Assembly: GCA_965263035.1 (NCBI GenBank)
Contig: OZ253580.1
Location: forward strand, 5,568,001-5,632,000
Reading direction: 5' to 3'
Length of the DNA stretch: 64,000 bases
From: Acidobacteriota bacterium
GTDB lineage: Bacteria > Acidobacteriota > UBA6911 > RPQK01 > JAJDTT01
Shown: positions 58,534 to 64,000 of the stretch, piece after piece
How the letters are laid out: each line of letters starts with the position of its first letter
How positions within the stretch are numbered: the first letter of the stretch is position 1
Notes under the pieces: model-generated
What the model saw: the letters and a program-made list of their open reading frames with translations, nothing else
Told to the model about the DNA's origin: nothing
Database searches by the model: none
Translations under genes and position numbers: made by a program

Positions 58534-59382
58534 ATGATGTTGCGACGGACAAGCGTATTCCTGTTGATGGCGGGGTTGGGACTCACCCAGGCCTGCCAGG
58601 CTTCGAGCCACAAGGATCAAGGAACCCGGTATCTGCGTTTCAGCGTGGACGGCCAGGAAGCCTACGGCATCCTGGAAGGGGATCAGGTCCGGCAACTGAG
58701 TGGGGATCTTTTCGGCGAATGGGAAAAGACCGAAACCACCCACGCGCTGGCGGACGTCACTATTCTGGTCCCCAGCAAGAACCCCTCCAAGGTTCTGGCC
58801 CTGGCCGGGAACTACAAGTCCCACATCGGGAGTTCGGAGCCGAACCCTTATCCGGAGCCCTTCATCAAGCTTCCCTCCTCGTTGCTGGCCCCCGGAGGAG
58901 AGGTCGTCCAGCCGCCCGACACGGATCCGGTGCATTACGAGGCCGAGGTGGTCATCGTCATCGGCAAGCGAGCCCGGAACGTGTCGGTAGAGGCGGCTCT
59001 GGACTATGTCCTGGGCATCACCTGCGGCAACGACATCAGCGCCCGAACCTGGCAGAGAAACGACGTTCAATGGTGGCGCGCCAAGGCGGCCGATACGTTC
59101 AGCCCCACCGGACCTTACATCCTCTCCGGGGTGGACTTCAGCAACCTGAATATGGTGCTCAAGGTCAACGGGGAGGTTCGCCAGGAAGCCAAGATCTCCG
59201 ACATGATCCACGGGCTCGCCGAGTCGGTCAGCTTCATCAGCAAGTACGTGACGCTGGAACCGGGAGATCTGATTTTCACCGGGACCCCGGGGACCACCAA
59301 GGGCATGCAGCCTGGCGACGAGGTCACCGTGGAAATCGAGGGGGTCGGAGTCCTGAAGAACAAAGTCGTCGCAGCCAGTTGA
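58534..59382 (+). CDS. Fumarylacetoacetate hydrolase family protein with N-terminal signal peptide
   Basis: GNYKSH, HYEAE, GNDISAR, TLEPGDLIFTGTPG. Confidence 0.92.
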   Translation: MMLRRTSVFLLMAGLGLTQACQASSHKDQGTRYLRFSVDGQEAYGILEGDQVRQLSGDLFGEWEKTETTHALADVTILVPSKNPSKVLALAGNYKSHIGSSEPNPYPEPFIKLPSSLLAPGGEVVQPPDTDPVHYEAEVVIVIGKRARNVSVEAALDYVLGITCGNDISARTWQRNDVQWWRAKAADTFSPTGPYILSGVDFSNLNMVLKVNGEVRQEAKISDMIHGLAESVSFISKYVTLEPGDLIFTGTPGTTKGMQPGDEVTVEIEGVGVLKNKVVAAS

Positions 59383-59446
59383 CACTTGGCGTCGACGAGT
59401 ACTCGGCGTCCCGTGGCGGCTTTTCCCGCGGGCGCCGAGACCGGAC

Positions 59447-60640
59447 TCAGCTCTTGGAGTCGTAGAGCACGGATGCGGTGAAGCTCAGCAGGTCCCCTTG
59501 GTCCAGGGACACTTTGCGGAGGCGGTCGAAGTCTCCGGCAATCTGGCAGAGTTGGGGGACCGACGAGCACTTCAGCTCGTGCGCTGGAAAATCCTTCAGA
59601 TACTCCACAGAGACCTCGATGGCCTCGTCGTAGCGTTCGATCCTCTCCAGGAGGCGCACCAGGGCCTGGGCAGCGGCGGTCCCATCCGGATCCGAGTCGG
59701 ATCCACCCAGCTTCTTCCGGAAATGCGCCACTCCCTCTGAGATCTCCCGGCCCAGAAGAACCTTCAGGTAGAAGGAGTGGTCCGTATAGAGGTTCTCGAA
59801 GGGAGGCTCGCCGGGGTACTGGAACATCTCCGACAGGCATCGGCCGTAGTCGGTGAGTTCCAGAGTCAGGTTCAAAGAGTGTCGATCTTCCAACCGGGGA
59901 CTCAGTTGAACCACGGAACTGACGTGGGACGTATCGATGTAATAGGTGTTGCCCTCGAAGAGCCAGTCCCGGCCGGCGATCAGCTCGCTGATGCTTCCGG
60001 TGGCCGGAGCCGTCCCCTCCCGGCGCCGAACGCTGCTCTTCAAGTTGGCCAGCAGCTCGGAATGGAGCGTCCTCACCAGCAGCCGTCCCGACTCCTCCTG
60101 CCCATCCGCACTCGGGAACTGGGAGAATGAGGTGATGGCTCGGCAGATTCCGTATCGGGCCAGGATCATCTCGAATCCCTTGCTGGGATTCGCCCCCTCG
60201 TAGAAGGCGATCTCAATGACGGCGTCCTCGGCTTCGTCGGCGGCGATGGCCTTGATCGCTCCGGCAATGGAGCCGTTCTCGCCGATGGCCCGGAAGTAGG
60301 GCCAGGAAGCGATGATGTCTCCGTCGGCCAGAAAGTGTTCTCCCACCTCCCGGGCGGCGGCGATGGTGGCTTGCTCGTATTCCCCCTGGGTCTCGGGATC
60401 GAGCCCTGCAGTCGGCTCGGTCAGGATCAAAGGAAGGCTCATCTGGTGGCGCTTCTGCATGAGTCTGGCCTCGAACAGAAGCGGGTATTTCTTCTCTGCC
60501 TTGAGGTTCAAGATCAGGGACTCGAAAGCCGCTTCCGATCCGTCGGATCGGGCCGCTTCCAGAATCTCTCCGAACGGATCCCGAACCGGAATCGCGGTCG
60601 CGGTCAGGCCCTTCAGGAAGCCACGCCGGTCTCTTGGCAT
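59447..60640 (-). CDS. Hypothetical alpha-helical protein
   Basis: Long ORF with normal codon usage; YYIDTSHVSSVV, LTDYG..L, GEPPFE. Confidence 0.75.
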   Translation of the reverse strand: MPRDRRGFLKGLTATAIPVRDPFGEILEAARSDGSEAAFESLILNLKAEKKYPLLFEARLMQKRHQMSLPLILTEPTAGLDPETQGEYEQATIAAAREVGEHFLADGDIIASWPYFRAIGENGSIAGAIKAIAADEAEDAVIEIAFYEGANPSKGFEMILARYGICRAITSFSQFPSADGQEESGRLLVRTLHSELLANLKSSVRRREGTAPATGSISELIAGRDWLFEGNTYYIDTSHVSSVVQLSPRLEDRHSLNLTLELTDYGRCLSEMFQYPGEPPFENLYTDHSFYLKVLLGREISEGVAHFRKKLGGSDSDPDGTAAAQALVRLLERIERYDEAIEVSVEYLKDFPAHELKCSSVPQLCQIAGDFDRLRKVSLDQGDLLSFTASVLYDSKS

Positions 60641-60911
60641 GGGCCACACTATAGCAGCCCGTGGCAAAAGCCGTCACGGCATTCGACCGTCCCTGCATCG
60701 TGCGCGGACTGCGTTGCTATCGGCTCACATACTCCCGGTATGCTCCCTCCGTTGCGCCTTGTCCGGCGGGCGCAGGAACGGTCTCGGTGCTCGTGGAACT
60801 TTCACCACGGACTGCTGGCACTTCCAGACCCGCCAGAAAGTTCGCGATCCGCAGCCGAAACGGCTAGCGAATAACTGAGGTTAAATTGACACTCCCGGGT
60901 TCAGCACGTAT

Positions 60912-62153
60912 ATGGGTGCGACCGATCAACCCGTGGCGGAAAATCAGCAAAAAATCACGTCCGATGTGAGGGGGTGGAGCCGCGACTTCAAACTGCTGGC
61001 TCTGTCCTCCGGGCTCTTGAGCGTCGGGTTCGCGGTCTACATGACCACCTTCAACAACTTCATCGTCGAGGAGATCGGGATCCAGCCCCGTCAATTCGGC
61101 GTATTGGAGTCGATCCGGGAAATTCCCGGCCTTCTGACGGTGGCGTTGATTGCCGTCTCCATCCGCCTCCCGGCGGCTCGTCTGGCGGGGTCTCTGCTCA
61201 TCTTGATGGGCATCGGCATCGGCGCCTACTTCGGCGTCCACACCGTCGGCAGCCTGATCCTGGCCTCTCTGGTGTGGAGCGTGGGCTTTCACGGCTGGCT
61301 TCCGCAGCGGGAGACCCTGGCCCTGACCCTGTCGGACGCCCATAAGGGGAGGCGCCTGGGGCAACTCCGAAGCATCGACGAGTTCGGCTTCCTGCTGGCC
61401 ATGGCCCTGACCTTCGGCTTCATCGGATTCGTGGGTTTCCGTTGGATCTTCCTGGGGGCAGGCATGGCGGTGATCCTGGGAGGATTCGCGATCTTTCCGG
61501 TCCGTGTCCCTGCGGCCATCACATCCGAGGACCGTTTCGTCTTCCGCCGTGAGTACCTCACCTATTATCTCCTGACCTTCTTTCAAGGGTGCCGGCGCCA
61601 GATCTTCGTCGTTTTCGCCGTCTTCTCCATGGTCTTCGTCCACGGCGTGACCACGGAGCAAATCATCGTCCTCATGTTCGTCAACACCCTGCTGGCAGTC
61701 CTGGCGGCGCCCCTGGTCGGGGGCCTGATCGACCGCTTGGGGGAGCGCAAGATCCTCAGCGTCGCCTACTCGATGTTGATCCTCATCTTCTGGGGGTACT
61801 CCTTCATTCAGAACAAGTGGGTGCTCTATGCCCTCTATTGCGTGGACCGTCTCCTGTTTCTGGCGTCCGTATCCTTGAGCACCTATCTGAACAGAATCGC
61901 CCGCACCGCCGACCTGCGCCCGACCATCTCACTCGGCGTGACCCTGAACCACGTGGCGGCGGTGACCCTGCCGCTCGTCGGCGGATTCCTGTGGGACCGT
62001 TTTGGGTACGCCCTCATCTTCCAGATCGGATCTGTGGTGGCAGCCATCGTTCTCATCATTGCCCAATTCATCGAGCCGGCCACAACCAAGCCCCCCCGCC
62101 AAGATGCGGAGGACCTATTCAGAACAGCTCAAGTTGACGATCATCCCCGATGA
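60912..62153 (+). CDS. MFS transporter
   Basis: About 12 hydrophobic segments; GGLIDRLGERK motif. Start may be GTG 60933. Confidence 0.9.
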   Translation: MGATDQPVAENQQKITSDVRGWSRDFKLLALSSGLLSVGFAVYMTTFNNFIVEEIGIQPRQFGVLESIREIPGLLTVALIAVSIRLPAARLAGSLLILMGIGIGAYFGVHTVGSLILASLVWSVGFHGWLPQRETLALTLSDAHKGRRLGQLRSIDEFGFLLAMALTFGFIGFVGFRWIFLGAGMAVILGGFAIFPVRVPAAITSEDRFVFRREYLTYYLLTFFQGCRRQIFVVFAVFSMVFVHGVTTEQIIVLMFVNTLLAVLAAPLVGGLIDRLGERKILSVAYSMLILIFWGYSFIQNKWVLYALYCVDRLLFLASVSLSTYLNRIARTADLRPTISLGVTLNHVAAVTLPLVGGFLWDRFGYALIFQIGSVVAAIVLIIAQFIEPATTKPPRQDAEDLFRTAQVDDHPR

Positions 62154-64000
62154 CCTTCTCGAACTTCAGGCCCAGGTGGCCCAGAACCGGTTGGGCCACC
62201 GGGCGCACCTGTTTCCGGACATAGTGTTCACGGTCGATGTCGGCAGTGGTCTCGCCCGCCGGTTCCGGACCGGCCAGAGTCATGAGATATGAGATCCGGC
62301 GGCCGGGCTTGCCGGCCATCTTGCGCGCCGCTGCGACGTGAGGGGGAGTCGTGCTCCGGTATTCCTTCAGCGGTTTCCCCAGCATCTTGCTGTAGACGAG
62401 AAGGTGGTCCAGGCGCCCCGCCCGGAGGCGGGCCACGGTATCGCGAAGGTAGGGCCGGGCATCTTCTTCCGTGAACAGTTTCCGATAGAGTTCCTTCTGG
62501 ACCCTTCTGGCCAGCTCGGTCCAGTCGCTCCGGACCACCTCCATGCCGGTGAAGACCACCTCAGACCCAGGCCCGTCGCCCACGAAGCCCACGTACCGCT
62601 TGCGGGCGCCTCGTCCGCCTTGGCGGGTCGCCGGGATGAAGAATTTCCGGTAGAGCCGCTCCATTTCCAACTCCAGACGGCTGTTCACTCTCCACTTTTC
62701 GAGGACGTGGCTCTCCAGGTCCCGGTTGAGGCGCCGCGCCAACTCTTCTCCCCGGGCCTGGGCTTCGGCAGTGGTCTGCTCGCCGGAGAGCACGAAGAGG
62801 CTGTCGGTATCTCCGTAGATAACCCGAAAACCGTACTGCCGGAACCGGTCTCTGGACCAGAGCAGGATCTCCCGGCCGAAGGTGGTAATGGCCGCGGCCA
62901 GTTCGGGGCGGTAGAAGCGGCAGGCAGGTGTGCCCAGAACTCCGTAAAAGGAGTTCATGAGGATCTTGATGGCATGGCTGGCGACTTGGTCGCCCGCGGC
63001 CTTGGCGGCTTCACGGCGGGGAAAGAGGTGGTTCAGCAGCTGTGTCAGAACGCCCGGTTCCCGACGGAAGGACGCCCCATTCGGGGCGACGATGGGGTCC
63101 TGATCCGGCTTGGGCTGTGGAAGGTAGCCCAGGGGATCGATCTGAAAGGTGCGGATCAGGCTGGGGTAGAGGCTCTTGAAGTCGAAGACCAGAACCTGTT
63201 CGTAGAGGCCCGGATCCGGTTCCAGAACGTGGCCGCCCGGGCTGGATCCGGGGCTGGAAACGGCGCCGACGCTGGGGGCGGCAATGCGTCTCTTGTGGAG
63301 TTCCGTCAGGTATCGGAAATCGAAGGCCGCGATGGACCCGCTCACGCGATCGATGGGAAGACCGGTCAGCCGGCTTCGCTCCACGGCCAAGTCCATCAGT
63401 TTCAGTTTTTCCAGGATTTCCAGGGCCAGCCTGGCGTCGGTCCGGTTGTAGAGTACGAAACGCTCCCGGTCGTTGTGAAAGCTCTCCATGATCTCGGCCG
63501 GCCGGTCGGCGCCGTGGAGCGTCTTCCCCTCGCCCAACACCTGCCGGGCGGCAAAGTCCAAGGAGTAGCGCTGGAGGCGAACGAAGGATCCCCGGAGCAG
63601 GTGGATCCCGTCGGCCACCACCCGGCCTGGGATCCGGGCCTCCCGGTTGGCCCAGGGGGAGCGTGAAGGCCGCAGCCTCATGGGCTCTCGGACGCGCCCC
63701 AGTTGGAGTGGGACACCGCAGCTCCGGCTCAGGCGGTCCAGGACCCGAAGGTCGAAGTCCACCACGTTCCAGCCGGTGAGGACGTCCGGGTCCAGTTCCC
63801 GGACTCTCCCGCAGAACGCCCGTAGAAATTCCTCCTTCCGCCGGAAACAGACGGCGCCTCCCGCCGATTCGCCTCCGTCGGGGTCCAGCAGCAGGACCTC
63901 CGAAGTCCCGCAGCCGTGCAGAGCCACCGAGAACACGGTCTTGCCGCCGGGATCGGTCTCGATATCCAGGGAGAGAATCGAGAGCCGGGGTGTCCAGTTT
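62119..64000 (-). CDS. polB: DNA polymerase II (family B), 5' end outside window
   Basis: SLDIETD (ExoI, upstream of the track's start), GWNVVDFD, DFKSLYPS, KILMNSFYG, YGDTDS, KRY. Confidence 0.95.
   Translation of the reverse strand, partial: NWTPRLSILSLDIETDPGGKTVFSVALHGCGTSEVLLLDPDGGESAGGAVCFRRKEEFLRAFCGRVRELDPDVLTGWNVVDFDLRVLDRLSRSCGVPLQLGRVREPMRLRPSRSPWANREARIPGRVVADGIHLLRGSFVRLQRYSLDFAARQVLGEGKTLHGADRPAEIMESFHNDRERFVLYNRTDARLALEILEKLKLMDLAVERSRLTGLPIDRVSGSIAAFDFRYLTELHKRRIAAPSVGAVSSPGSSPGGHVLEPDPGLYEQVLVFDFKSLYPSLIRTFQIDPLGYLPQPKPDQDPIVAPNGASFRREPGVLTQLLNHLFPRREAAKAAGDQVASHAIKILMNSFYGVLGTPACRFYRPELAAAITTFGREILLWSRDRFRQYGFRVIYGDTDSLFVLSGEQTTAEAQARGEELARRLNRDLESHVLEKWRVNSRLELEMERLYRKFFIPATRQGGRGARKRYVGFVGDGPGSEVVFTGMEVVRSDWTELARRVQKELYRKLFTEEDARPYLRDTVARLRAGRLDHLLVYSKMLGKPLKEYRSTTPPHVAAARKMAGKPGRRISYLMTLAGPEPAGETTADIDREHYVRKQVRPVAQPVLGHLGLKFEKVIGDDRQLELF

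Noticed and set aside
60886-60914. TTGACA-N17-TATATG promoter for the MFS gene
   Set aside because: The -10 overlaps the annotated ATG and lacks the final T; plausible only if the start is GTG 60933, so not called.

Overview
GC-rich bacterial window. Gene content and the C-terminal domain style of the surface proteins suggest an Acidobacteria-like, possibly host-associated organism (inference). Bases 1-25.3 kb hold two giant minus-strand surface-protein genes. Gene A (start 13733, >4570 aa) runs off the left edge and is absent from the ORF track; it has a degenerate plus an intact subtilase-like head, GLUG modules and Ig/Calx/SwmB-like stalk repeats. Gene B (~14290-25131) has an arylsulfotransferase-like head, a SwmB-like stalk and a duplicated C-terminal domain, and is split by two frameshifts. 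Both sit behind copies of the same ~320-bp divergent control region with a 33-bp palindrome. That region is paired with a fused GAF-PAS-kinase-receiver-wHTH regulator, intact at 25585 and a deleted relic at 14116. Bases 28-64 kb are mostly metabolic and transport genes (hydrolases, SDRs, sugar ABC, FG-GAP proteins, NhaC, FAH, MFS, DNA polymerase II). They are interrupted by a low-GC island, bracketed by a duplicated SDR gene, that encodes a translationally coupled SEFIR/TIR-wHTH-TPR protein and an ImmA/IrrE-type metallopeptidase, a candidate undescribed defence module. No rRNA, tRNA or CRISPR array was seen. All domain calls come from motif recognition by eye.
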